From the human T2T-CHM13v2.0 reference genome, Homo sapiens: DNA of 64,000 nucleotides. The stretch lies in the NCBI RefSeq assembly GCF_009914755.1, contig NC_060927.1; one strand, 5' to 3'. The position numbers and the translations under genes are program-made. A model generated the notes under the pieces. It was not told the origin of the DNA. It saw only the letters and a list, made by a program, of their open reading frames with translations, and did not search any database. Every line of letters begins with the position of its first letter. Positions within the stretch are counted from its first letter, which is position 1. Below are positions 35,817 to 48,527 of this stretch, in pieces.

Positions 35817-37156
35817 CCAGTCCTTTTTAACTGTTCAGGATGCCTAAGAGATGTGGAAGTGGATGGATGCCCAAGCACCTAGCTTCAGCCCCCAGGTTTC
35901 CCAGCCTACCCTCCAGCTCAGGCCCTAAGACCTAGTGGGCAGATTCTACTCTCTGCTCCAGGCCAGTCAGAGCCCTGCATCCTGCTTGCCCAAGTGGTTC
36001 AGGGAGAGGCACAAGAGCCAGAAGGAGCCGATGAGGGGAGGAGAATCTCTCTTCCTCCTACTGGGGTTGCCTTGAGGTCAGACTACAGGCCTGGGGTTCT
36101 CTGATGGCCCTCCTGCCCTGGGTCAGGGAGGATCTGGCAAGGGGCAGGGCCAACCCTAAGCCAGATGGAGCCAAGAAATACCCGGGACTTTTCAGGTCCG
36201 TGAACCAGTAAAGCCTCTTTGCTTAACCCAGTTTGATAGAGTTCCTGTCACATGCAACAGAGAAGGCCATGATTAACGCAGAGACCAACACAGGGTTTGG
36301 AGTGCCCGAGGATCTCCGTGGTCAGAGGTCTGAGCCCTGGTAACTGTTAACTGCTTGTGGGGGTGAGGATAGACTCACCAACTTCAGCATTCGGAGAGTC
36401 CCTGCACACCTGAAAATGCCCTTCCAATGCAGCAACCTAGGGTCCTGCAGAGAGGTGCCACTTCCAGCCTTTCCCACACTGCCAGGGCCAGCAAGCTCGC
36501 CACCTCCGGAGGCTGCCTGCTCCACCAGCTCTGACTTTTACACGCACTTTCTGGTAGCGTGAACCCAAGTGGCTTCCCTGGTATTGATCCCAGAGAGAAG
36601 GCAGGAGAATCACCCTCTGAAGTGTGGCAAGCACCCCCTGCAGGGCTTCCCTTGGCACTGTCTTCTTCTCCAAGACTCAGCACCAGCCACCTCAGACCCA
36701 GGCCAGGGCTCGGGATCCTGGGCTGCGGGTAGCATCAAGGGCCACAGGCCACAGTGGCCTGTGTCTAGGGGAGAGGGGTCCCAACCTCCAAAGACCCAGC
36801 TCAAAGTGCTCCTAAGAGAGCCCATCCTTTCCATCATCAGCACCACAGGCTACGGGAGCAGCACTGCACATCCTCTGGGCCCAGCACTTCTGGTGTGTGG
36901 CCTTGAGCTTGGGCCTGGGCTCTCAGCCTCGCTGCCTGCACCTACGCTTCCCAGGATGGCTGTGGCGAATCAGTGAGACAATAGGCGGAAGGTGTTCGGC
37001 ATGGGGCCTGGCGCTTGGTCCAGGCTCTGCACAGGCCGGCTCTGCTCACTGCTATTTTTATCAATGACAGCAGACACGTTAAACACAAGGAGCACAGAGC
37101 TGGAGCATGCAGATCAGGGGTACTCTCTGAGCCCTGTTCCCACAGGTGGAGGGGAA

Positions 37157-37175
37157 TGGCCCCCTGGGGGCGCTG
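37157..37175 (+). promoter_or_regulatory. Candidate CTCF motif
   Basis: tggccccctgggggcgctg vs consensus TGGCCACCAGGGGGCGCTA (16/19); motif only. Confidence 0.35.
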
Positions 37176-40100
37176 GAAGGGTGAAACAGCCACGCTCCCT
37201 GCAGGATCCCAGTGACAGCATCCCCTGCCTCCCTTCTGCAGTAGCTCCAGCAGGTGGATGGGACCCGAGGCTGCTGGGCCCCAGGGGCTGGGCGCCGAGT
37301 GTAGGGGAGGCCAGGTCCACAGAAGGGGGCTGCCTCCAGGTACAGGGCCCTGTGCTGGAAGGGCCTCAGAGGCCCCTGTGGAAAGCTCTTAGCCAAGTAG
37401 TCCAACCACACTGTCACACCAGGTGGCCACCCAAGCCCTGCGTACATGTTTCTCAGAGACAAGCTTCTCACTCCTTTTTGAGGGTGCCCGTGTCATCATG
37501 AAGCAGCTCTGGGGCCAAGGATGCTCTTGCAGAGGTGGGAGAGGTCTGGTGTGGCTCACCTGTGACATGGTCACCTGGGCTCATTCCAGGGAGGAATGTG
37601 ACAGACAGAAAGTGGACATAGCCAGGCATGTACCCCTGACGGTGTGTACCAGGTACAGGAGCAGGAGACGCTGGGGTGGGGTTCCAATGCGGAGGTGACA
37701 GACTCAGTGAGGTCCCTGCTGGGCACCTGCCCCAGCTCCATGTGCTGCAGGGCTGCATGGCGTCCCACAGATGGTGTGGCTCTGCCTCCTGGACTCAGTT
37801 TACAGATCTGTCACCCAGTGAGGAGGTAGGGAGCCCAGGGATACCTGTGGTAGCAGTTCCTACATCATGGATTTTAAGAGGATGTGTTCAGGAGCCAAGT
37901 GGCCAGGGTGTGACGTCCCTAGTCGTCTACCAACTATGTGAGACTCAGCTCACCCACTGCACAGGGTAACGTGCGTTAGCGCGTGACAGGCCCTGGGAAC
38001 CATGCCTGGCGCACCGTCAGCACATGGAAGGATTAGCTATTCTCGTTATTTCTGACTGCTTGGCCCATCACAATGCCTGTTTGGGTCTTCCTAAAGCCCA
38101 GCCCTGGAAGCTCCCTTCCCTTGGCACTCTGGACACAGAAGCCCTCGCTGACCACAACAGCTGCCATCCACTGCACAAACATGTTCCGGGTGCAGGCAGT
38201 GAGGCTCAGAGAGTTCAGGGAGTTGCCCCAGGTCCCACAGCTGATAGGTGGCAGATCCAGGACTGAAACCCTCCTGCCTCTGGCTCCTGCACCCCTGCCC
38301 TCCCGCAGCACCGCCAGCCAGATCAGCTGTGTGGCTGTCAGCTGGGCCAGCTGGGAGTAAGCGGCAGATGCCCAGAGGAACATCTGGAGGCCTGGTAGAC
38401 CTCGGCAGCCCCCGGGATGCCCTCCCCACCAACCTACACCACTTTCTCAGGCTTCGTTTCTGTTCTTCCTCCCCGCTTGCTGCTGGCTCTCCCACTTTGG
38501 TACATGATTCCCTTAAAGGGGGCGTCCCCCCAGACAGAGGCCTGTGCCAGGAACGCTCACTGCTTCGTTGCTAGGAAGGGGTGGGAACTGAGAGCTGTGC
38601 TGGAGGCCGGGCAAAGGCCGGGACATACCACCCCGCAGGGAGAGAAGTGGAGGTGGTACACAGGCGCAGGGCCAAAGAAAGGGAAGGGAAAGGGCAGTTC
38701 CTCCTTCAACTAAAAACGTGCCTAGCTAAGACCCAGCAATTCCACTTCCAGCCATATGATCTAGAGGCCTGCCAGGTGTGTGTGTAAGGATCACAACCAC
38801 TGTCACACTAGTGCTAGTTATGAAAAGCTAGAAGCAACTGGCCAAATAACCTATAGCCACGGCGGGGACTACCACTCAGCAGCACACAGGAGCAAGACAG
38901 CCTGTGTGTAGAGCCCAGCGATACCCTCATAAGACAATGTCACAGTCCCGCGCCCTGAGTGATGTCAGCAAGGATCCAACAGTAGCAGCTAATACATAGT
39001 AAGGCCCTATCCTGTGCCACGTCCTGCTTTCAGCACTTCACACAGACCAACGCTTTACCCTCACCGCCCTGGGAGGAGGGTGCCCCTGGCATCAGCCATT
39101 TCACAGATGCGGCCACTGTGGGACGGGGGGTTATGCTGCCCAAGGACATAGAGATACGATGGGGCACAGCCAGGATTTAAAGCCAGGCAAGCAAGCCCCA
39201 AGCTGTGTTCTTAACCATGGCTGTCTAGAGTTCCTAGAAGTGCACACAAATGCACAGGAAAAAAATCTGGAAGGAGAGACTGCAACATGCTGAGTCCAAG
39301 AGGATGTTATCCTGAGCTGCAAGGCATGCATTTTCTGTGAAGAATGTATTCACGTGCTACACAGATAATTAAAAGTTAACTGAATAAGAAAGAATCTACA
39401 CAGACCAAAGCTGGCTGGTTGAGGGAGGTGGTTTTTCCTGGTTTCCTGTCTCCCCACTGCTGGCCTCCACCTGTCCACTCTGCAGGGACCCCTGGTTATC
39501 CCAGCCTCCCCTCTAGGGCACATGGGCCTGGGTCGAGAGATGATCCTGGAGCTCGGCTGTGCCCAGGAGCAGTGGGGACAGACTTCAGGGACCGTGTCAG
39601 GTGGGCCAGCAGGATGCAACCCTCCCCTGTCCAGCGCATTGCTCCGGCCGTGGCCTGTGCAGCAGTGAGAGCAGCCGTACTCTGCAGCAAGCCACAGGCA
39701 GATCACAGGCTCAGGAGAGAGCATCCTGGTAGATGTGAGATGTCCAAGACTCTTTGTTCTTAGCTGAGCAAACCAGTAAGCCATTGCCCCTTACTGGCCC
39801 CAAGTGAATGCACCATTCCCCAGAGGCTCTTCCTGAGACAGGCCTCTCTGACATCCCAAGATAGTGCTTCCATGTGTCCCAGGAATGGCTCAAAAGCACC
39901 ATCTCCCCCAGTCTAGAAGAAGAGAGAACAGGGGGCAGACGGAGCAGGGAGCCAGCTCAGGCACTGGCTTTGAGGTGGCCAGGTCCCACTGCGCCATTCA
40001 TCACCCTAGTTTGACCTCCTGGGAAAACTGTCGTCTGCCCCTGGCTCCCCGGATGTGTGTCAGGAACCACCAGCCCAGGGGAGTTGGTGCCAGGCCAGCA

Positions 40101-40362
40101 TCTGATGAGGCCAAATCCCAGTAGCCCAGGGAGTGGAAATAACGAGAAATCTCAGGTTGGACAGGAGCCTGCACGTTCCCCAGGCCAAGTGCTCAGCCCT
40201 CCTCCCCTTCCTCTTGCTATTTTTGGCTGTGCTAAGAATAGTCTGCTTTAAATACCCATCGCTCCTTGGATCTGCTCTCAGGATGGTCAACGGCACCTTT
40301 CCAGGACCCCCTTGGGGAGCAGCTACTCCATGAACCCAACTCATGCATCTCCCCAAGACCCC

Positions 40363-40525
40363 CAGACACAGCCCTGGGTCTGGCCTGCATCTGTCTGAGT
40401 TCCTTCCATCCAGGACACGGTTCTGGGTCTGGCCAGCAACTGCCCCTGAGCACTCCTACCCCCAGACATGGCCTCAGGTCTGGCCTGCATCCCCCACAAG
40501 ACACAGCCCTGGGTCTCGCCTGTCT
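40363..40525. repeat. Degenerate minisatellite, four ~30-bp cores
   Basis: Variants of cagacacagccctgggtctggcctgcatc at 40363, 40411, 40463 and 40498. Confidence 0.75.
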
Positions 40526-40950
40526 GCCCCTGCCCCCCACTGACACAACCGGTCATACCCCTGCTCAAAGGCCTTTGTGTCCCACATCACCCCTAGGCCT
40601 GACATCCAAAGTTGCGCAGGGCATGGCCCAACATACCCCACTTGCTATGGCGGACTTGGGGGGGATGGGACGGAAGGGCCCGGGACTCAAGTTGCTTCGG
40701 CACAGAAAGCTCCCATTCTGCCCCTGCTCAGCCTGTGTGTGTTGCCATCCCCACCAGCAGTCCCAGGAGGGGCTAGGCCTCAGCGCACAGGCTGGCACCG
40801 TCCTAGCCACCGACCTTGTGTGGCAGCTTCCTATGCTCATAGGCCACGGTGGACCTCAAGCTCCGCGCTTGGAAGGATGCAGCCACGCCCACCCGCCAAG
40901 GCCCAGCAAGCCACAGCTGCCCACCCTGAGGGGTCACCCATGGTACTCAC

Positions 40951-42200
40951 TTGTTGAAGAGGTTCAGGCCGATGCGGTAGTGCCTCTTGCGGATGACATC
41001 GTTGCTAAAGGCAGGCGAGTCCCAGCTGTTGCGGGCCTCCTTGTGGTAGGTCTGCTTGCTGAGCGTCTGCTCCCGCAGGCTGTCACGGGACGATGACTCG
41101 GAGCTGCAGTTGATGGTATCGTTGGAGTTGGACGTGCTGTTGATGCTGTCATTGTCACCGTCTGAGTAGTCCGACTCAGACTTGCTCTGCCGGTTGGCTG
41201 AGCCATTGATGGCCAAGTGGCTGTCCAGGGGCCTGGGGGGCCGGGGCCGCAACTCAGGCTCCTCCCGGGGGAGGCTCTTGGGGGCGCCGCTGTGGGGACC
41301 ATGCTTGGGACTGCCCTGCTGCCCGCCAAGGCTGCGCTCGTAAGCACTCTGCCTCTTGAGTGACCCCCGCTCCGAGCGGTCACTAAGGTCCACAGAGCTG
41401 TCGCTGGGTGGCTCGATGGTGAGCAGCGGCAGATGCTCCACCCGCAGCCGCTGCTCCTGCCGCTCCAGCGACGGCGTGCTCCGGCAGCTCGTGTCCGTGT
41501 CAGCCTTGTCCTCTTTGTGGGCCAGGGCCCAGTAGTCTGGGGCTGCGCCCCCAGCCCGTAGCCGCAGGTCCGACTCGGTGCTGGACGGCCGGTCCCCTGC
41601 CTGCGAGAGGGGCAGAGGGGGCGACAGCTCCTCCTCATCGATGTACAGGGTGACATCACTGTACGAGGCCGTCATCTCGTCCAGTTTGCGGTGGTCCATG
41701 CCGTGCAGGGCTGTCTGGGGTTCGGTGTCCCGGGCCCGCGCCGCATCCAGGGCCGGTGCCTCCTCAGTGTGCAGGCTGCGGCAGTTGAGGGCATCGTCGA
41801 TGGACTCGGCCAGTGATTTCACTTGCCTAGAGAAGGCGTCCTCCAGCTCGGTGATGGCGTCCGCAAAGTCACTGGAGGGGGCCGGAGACTTGAGGGTGGT
41901 GGGCTCGCTGAGGTCACCACACTCAGGGGACACCAGGGCTCCCAGCTGGGAGCCGTCGTTAGTCACTGAGACCTGCTTCCCCTCGAAGTAGGAGCTGTGC
42001 ACTTTCTCAGGCCCCTCAAAGGAGAACTGCATCCTCATGTTGGACAGCACAATCCGGCGTGACATGCGGTTCTCTGACATGGAGCTGCGCAAGCGCTCGA
42101 AGTTCTTGTTCATCTGGTACTGGCGAAACGCCGTCTGGATGGTGCGGGCCGCATGGCGGGTTACCAGGCGCCCCCCATACTTTCGTTCTAGCATCTCCAC
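40951..42200 (-). CDS. IQSEC1: IQSEC1 exon E3 (1250 nt; IQ motif RHAARTIQTAFRQYQM, Ser-rich linker, start of Sec7)
   Basis: ccgcag|GTG GAG ATG CTA ... TTC AAC AA|gtgagt; phase 0 to 2; matches ORF 40947..42323. The internal ATG at 42194 (MLERKY) gives 841 aa with the short tail. Confidence 0.98.
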
Positions 42201-42403
42201 CTGCGGGTGGGAGAGGAGAATGAGAACAGCACTGCATGTAGGCACAGTGCGACATTTACCAAACTCCTTCCCACTTCCTAGCCACGTGGCTGTGCGACCT
42301 GGGAAGGTCCCAAAGTTGGTCAAAGCAACTGCTGAGGGATGCTGGTGGGCTTATGCAAAATATGAGTCCCAAGGTCAAACTGGACAGAGAAGCACCAAGT
42401 TAA

Positions 42404-42745
<342 letters not shown>

Positions 42746-44661
42746 TAAAAGGCAGTGAGATACACTATGTTGAGTGTCCCCAGTGTCTTGGGTCACAGAA
42801 GCCCCTGGCCCTGGTGCATCTTGAGGTATGCCATCTAACGAAACCCATTTGGAGACCCTGGAAGAAGTATGCACAGTTCAAGAGATAGGCTAAAGATCCC
42901 AGCAAGGCCCACAGGCTTCTGGACTCATTTCCTTTCCACAGCATCAACCAGGCAGCTCTTGTGGCCAGATGGGTCACTGAGCTTCAGGGAGACCTGTGGG
43001 GTTTGCTGCACTGAGAAGCAGGCTTTGAGGCCAGGTGCCTGAGTTCTAATCCAGGCTATGCCCCTTGGTAGCTGGGTGACCCAGAGTAAGCACTGAGCCC
43101 ATGCAGTTCCTCGGTTTCCTCATCTATTAAATGGGGTAGTGCTGGGACCTGCCTCCTATGACTGTGGTGAGCCTGGGAGACAGAGGCCAAGGGCTGGCAC
43201 ATGCCAAGCACGGGGGCAGCTGGGCTGGAAAGACCCTCAGCTGCATTCTGGGAAGGGATTTACAGTTCGTAAAGCCCCCAAGCTCCCTTGCTCTACAGAT
43301 GGGCAAATTGTGGCCCAGAGAAGAGACTCAACACATACTCAAGAGGCCTTCAGGCTCTGGAGCTGGCTTTCCCTCATGAGCACCGCCATTCCTAGATGGC
43401 TCGTCTGGCCTACACAGCTCGTTCCTGTGAGGGGTGAGCTACATGCAGGGAGAGGGCGGGGTGAACCCTGGGTGCTTCAGCGGGACACACAGACCTCCCG
43501 AATTCCTGAGGCACCCGTGACCAAGGACGGTCCTGAGGGCCACTCCCTGCACCTTGCTCCTGAGTGGACAATGAACACACTCCTGCGGCCAAGATAAGGA
43601 ATTGGCTTCTCCGCCAAGCCAGGCCTCTTGGGGTGCTGGGGTGGCGTGGGCATGTGATGTGGGGCTAGGAGCCAGGCAAAGCGTTGCACCTGCCTGTATG
43701 GTCCCAGATGCCACTACATGCTGGGCATCACATCACACCTGGAGGTGGAATGGGAGGCATGGAGGTCCTTGCCCTCGAGGAGCGAGGGGTCTGTCAAGGA
43801 GAGCAGGCAGCTGCAGGCGCAGAACTGAAATAATGCCAAACAGACGTCCAGCAAATCGAAGGCTGTGGCCTGCACCAGGGAGACTGGCTCAGGGCCACGC
43901 AGGGCCTTGCATGCCCATGCGTGCTGCCTGGCTCTGGGTGGTCCCAGCAGGCTGGGTGGAGGAGAAGAGCTGGGGGGGCTTGAGGGGAGCAGATCAAAAT
44001 GACTTTTCCAATCCCAGGCCACAGTCTGTTTTCTCTCTCGCCCTGTTACTGAACGCCATCCAAGAAATGACCTCACTTCCACAACTGTAAGCAGAAAGTT
44101 TCTATTTTTTGGGTTGTGAGTGGAGCTTAGAAAGCCCCTGGGGCCCATAAGAGGCCCAAGGCTGGGATCTAGGAAGCCTTTCTTCCCTCACTGTACTTTG
44201 TGGGCGGCACAAGTACGAGGACCTCCAGCTCAGGCCTAGAGCTCCCCGCAGGGCCTTCTCACCTGCTGGCTCCGGACCTCGCAGACCACGCAGCCACCCT
44301 GTTTTCCTGAGACCTCCTGCCCAAACCTGTGTGTGTTGGGGGCGAAGGGACTTCAGGAAGGCAGCAATGGGCTCTGCATTTGTTCACCAGAGCCCCTGGC
44401 AGTTCCTCCCCCAGGGGGACACACATGGACCTGGGGCTACTCTTCCTCGTCCCCAAACTTACCGTGGGTCATTCTTCTTTCTGGGATGGAACTATTGCCA
44501 GGCCCGGTCGAAAAGTTTCCCGGGACCCAGTGGATGAGATTCTACTAACATGTGCTCATCTACTATGTGTGCTGGGGACCCCCATACCCTCATGCCACCT
44601 CACAGCAGCTTCTGCTCTCCCGAGGGGTTTCACTACCCCACTTCTCAGCAAGGACAAGACA

Positions 44662-44697
44662 CTCAGCGGAGGGAAGACGCTCAGCGGAGGGAAGCCG
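44662..44697. repeat. 18-bp tandem duplication
   Basis: ctcagcggagggaagacg / ctcagcggagggaagccg. Confidence 0.85.
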
Positions 44698-44999
44698 CTG
44701 CCCCAGGGCACATGGTTCCTGGATAGAGGAGTCGACCCCGTGGCCAGGGCTCCCCCATCCGGCCCTCACTTGTCCCTTCAAGGGAAACTTCTGAGCAGTA
44801 CAGAAGAGGAACCCGGAAGAATGCCCTTCAGCAAAGCAGAACTGTCACTTCTTGATGACACAGGGACAGTACCTGAAACCCACTCAAGTTTCCTGCTTCA
44901 GGGACAGAAAGCCACTGGAGGGCACAGTGGGTCAGGGGCCAGAAGAGCACAGGAGACTAGCCCTTGGGCTCCTTTCACTAAAATGGACTCTGTGTTATC

Positions 45000-45515
45000 C
45001 AGACTTAAAACTCCTCGTGGAATCGGGCACCCTACTTTTTCATCTGGTGATTCCCATGCAATCTGTCCCATTCCCACTTTTGCTGAGCTTTCCAGGAAGC
45101 TCAGTGGACCATCAAATGCTCAGTGGCCCTTGATGTCGCCTCCTCCCTCTTACCTCTTTGGAACCTCTTCCAGGCCTTCCTTTCCATTTCACACACTCGG
45201 CAGCCTTTACATCAGCTGTTGCCTCTTCCTGGGACAGCCAGCTCTAATGCCTCCTTAGAGAGGTCTTCCCAACCAGCCTTACCCAATGCTATTGCCTCCC
45301 GTAGCTGCCCTATTTCTTTCCCCAATGTTTAGAATCCCTAGAGTTTGCATTACTTTCTGGAAGTCAACTGCCTCTGCATTGCTAACTTGCTCCTGTCCAG
45401 CTCCTGTGCCACAGTGGAGCTCAAGAGCAGGGGCCTCGCCTTGGTCATGGGCACCCAACACAGTGTCTGGTGCATAGTGGGCGTTCAGATAATATGCATG
45501 GAATGAAAATGAATA
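45000..45515 (+). mobile_element. L2 3' fragment
   Basis: Ends cagtgtctggtgcatagtgggcgttcagataatatgcatggaatgaa; similar L2 ends near 47.7k and 60.2k (+) and 34.45k (-); L2 body near 57.9-58.3k. Confidence 0.65.
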
Positions 45516-47073
45516 GCTGCAGTCCTATTAGGCCCACAGTAAGCATATAATTCTCTTCAAAGGCCTCTATTAAGTCCCAACCTTTCTCCTTTCTGTTTAA
45601 ATGGCTCTGTTGCAGACATCTCTTACTATAAACCGTGGTCCACTTTGGATCTGGGCATCACGGATAAAGGAACAGAGGTTGCTCTGCCCTGTGTCGGTCC
45701 GGCCTAAGTTGCAAGGCAGCACCGACAGCCAGGTGAGGAAGGGGCTGATGGGGGCTTCCCTGTCAAGAGAGTGGACGACCCCCAACCCCAGGCAGTATCT
45801 GCACCACTCCCTTAGGAAGTTGGGGCACACCAGGCCCAGAACTCTACTCCTTAAAGGACAAAAAGGGGAGCAACTTGAATCTATACTCCCAGCAAACACA
45901 AACAAACAAAAACAACCCAAAAATTGTTTTTAAAGAAAAAGGATAACCAGGAAGATCTGGGAGCAAGCAGAGGGCGGGCGGGGCCACAGGATGGGTGTGG
46001 GTGGGAGTGAAGGCCAGGGGCTTCTGCAGCATGGAGTCTGGGAAGACGGGAAAGGGCCCTGGGGCCAGCAGGGGCAGAGGCAGCTGCCTGGGCATCTGGA
46101 GGAGCTGTCTAGAGCTCAGTGCCCAGGAGCTGGGGAGAGTCTGACAGCCCTCCCCAGCCTGCCCCTGCAAGCTTGCAGAACTGCTGCCTGGGAGCCCGGG
46201 TTCTCTTGAAGCCTCAAACTGCTAAGCGGCTTGTCCATGCACTGGCCCACTCACCCCCTCACTCATCCATCTGTGCAGTCACTCAGATCCTCATTCAAAC
46301 ACCTACTGTGCACCTGCACTTGGAGGGACTTGGAAGCGAGAGCTCTTGGCCTCCCCAGGGACCGCTCAGGGCCTCGCTCTTTCCTCTGCACCCCAGGATT
46401 CTCCTCTCCTGGCTCAACCCTGAGAGGCTACCTCTTGTCCTCCCTCAAGCCCAGCCCTAGGCACACTGTGGGTCTGGGCCACCTCTAAGGGCCAAGGCCC
46501 CTGGGGGAGGGGTGCAGTCTTCAATGAGGGGATTTCCCACAGGAGCAGGGAGGTGTGAGCCAGGAGGAATAGAGCAAGCAGCCTCCCCTGGCTGGCTGCC
46601 GATGGGGTTCTTTCCAGAGCTTGTGATATTTATGCTGTCAATGGACCTCCCTCCCTCAGCCCTCTCCTGGGTCTTTAGAACCTCAGTGGCCGGCCACGTA
46701 CCCAGTGTGTCCCGATGACACTGGGCCTCATGCTCAGACACCTATCATGGCCCCCCAGATCTGGGCCATGCGGGTCATGGAACCCGGGCCATGGCAAAGG
46801 CCTCATGTGAAGACAACTCTCTAGAAGTCCCCAGAAGGAACGCCAGACAACCCAGGTCCTTCATACACGCCAGCCAGAGCCAGCTGGGGCAAGAGGCTCC
46901 TGAGAGCAGCTACAGGTGGAGCTGGAACTGGGGCAGAGCCCTCAGCCTTAGCCCACATGCACCCCAACTCAAGTCTATGGGAGAGATCTGCCACCATGCC
47001 TGGTGGGGGCACACATGGTGGGCAGAGCTGCCCTGCGCTTGCATGTGTGGCCTGAGGGGCTGTGCTCTCCTAC

Positions 47074-47368
47074 CTGCTTGTCCTGCAGGTCCGAGGAGAG
47101 CTCATAGCTCTCGGAGAGTGAGCGTGAGCGCTTGATGGCCTCCTCCTCAGCCTGCTTGCGCAGGATGGAGGTCGAGTGCTGCAGCTTGGGCCTCCGCGTG
47201 CGCTGCTGTTGCCCCGGCGGCCCCGAGTACAGCCCATAGGCTCCCACTGACGTGTGCTCGTAGTGATCCGGGCTCAGGCTGGAACCGGGCACCAAGGGGC
47301 CCTGGGGGTAGGCTGAGGGGCTGTCCAGGGATGTGCCAGTCTCACTGCTGGGGGCCTCGCCCTCGACG
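47074..47368 (-). CDS. IQSEC1: IQSEC1 exon E2 (295 nt; VEGEAPSS...SDLQDKQ)
   Basis: ctctgcag|C GTC GAG ... AAG CAG|gtagga; phase 2 to 0. Confidence 0.96.
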
Positions 47369-47823
47369 CTGCAGAGGAGAGAGAGGTGAGAAGCTTCTGG
47401 TAAGCGGGAAATCTGAACACGACACCGGGCCGTGGGGCGTGACCCCACCATGCTCCTGGAGGAGCCCCCATGCCCGTTCTTCTCACACCCCATGGCTGAG
47501 TCCACATGTGCAGCTGGCAGGACCCTGCAAAACCCCTCCACTCAGCACCCCACCCACTCGGGTTCAGTTTCTCTGTGAAGTGCACCATCCTCTGACATCC
47601 CATATACCTTCCTCATTGATTTTGCTCACTGTCCATCATCCACATGCAAATGCCAGCTCCCTGAGGACAGCAGTTTTGGCCACTGGGTCGCTGATCACCC
47701 CCAGAGCCCAGAGCAGTGCCTGGCACACAGCAGGTGCTCAGCAATTACTGACTCAGCGAATTCTGTCGCCTTTTCTCCTACCACCTGCATTAAATACACC
47801 ACTGATTTTAAACTTAAAAAAAA

Positions 47824-48122
47824 GGCCGGGCGCGGTGGCTCACACCTGTAATCCCAGCACTTTGGGAGGCCGAGGAGGGCGGATCACGAGGTCAGGAAAT
47901 TGAGACCATCCTGGCTAACACGGCGAAACCCTGTCTCTACTAAAAAATACAAAAAATTAGCCGGGCGTGGTGGTGGTCGCCTGTAGTCCCAGCTACTCAG
48001 GAGGCTGAGGCAGGAGAATAGCATGAACCCGGGAAGCAGAGCTTGCAGTGAGCCAAGATTGCGCCACTGCACTCCAGCCTGGGCTACAGAGCAAGACTCC
48101 GTCTCTAAAAAAAAAAAGAAAA
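47824..48122 (+). mobile_element. AluY-like element
   Basis: ggatcacgaggtcagg...accatcctggctaacacgg...gagcttgcagtgagcc. Confidence 0.92.
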
Positions 48123-48191
48123 GCCCCAATAATTAACAAAAGCGATTCTGTACTGTATGCCTACATGGGGCCAGCCCTTGTGCTGGTGTTT

Positions 48192-48527
48192 GCTGTGAAT
48201 GAACTGTACCCTCCACATTTGTGTGTTGAAGCCCTGGCCCCCACCTCAGCACGGGACTGTGTTTTGGAAACAGGGTCTTTGTGGACACTGGGGTGTCCTG
48301 ATCCAGCCTGACTGGTGTCTTTGTAGGCAGAGATGAGGCCACGGACGCGCACAGAGGGAGCAGCATGCGAGGACCCGAGGAGGAGAAGACCACCTGCAGG
48401 CCAAGGAGAGGGGCCATGGGGGAACCCACCCTGCCTACGCCCTGATCCCCGACTTCCAGCCTCCAGAATTGTGTGACAATAAATGTCTGTTGTCGAAGGC
48501 CCCTGTGTGTGGTGTGTGTCACGGCGA
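48192..48527 (+). mobile_element. MLT1B-like MaLR solo LTR
   Basis: gtgttgaagccct...tttggaaacagggtcttt...tgactggtgtc...gacttccagcctccagaattgtg..acaataaa. Confidence 0.75.

Noticed and set aside
36836-36858. REST/RE1-like half site (tcagcaccac)
   Set aside because: Right half GGACAG is absent
40363-40525. CRISPR-like repeat-spacer appearance
   Set aside because: Human intron, degenerate repeats, irregular 5-21 bp spacers, no cas genes
40266-41991. Antisense and alternative-frame ORFs over E3 (276, 231 and 137 aa)
   Set aside because: Shadows of a GC-rich coding exon plus a minisatellite; no independent splice or promoter support
42201-42323. Open-frame extension upstream of E3
   Set aside because: No in-frame ATG; it crosses the polypyrimidine tract of a canonical acceptor
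44329-45258. 309-aa + strand ORF
   Set aside because: Non-ATG start, no recognisable domain, includes an 18-bp duplication and runs into L2 sequence; a chance ORF in GC-rich intron
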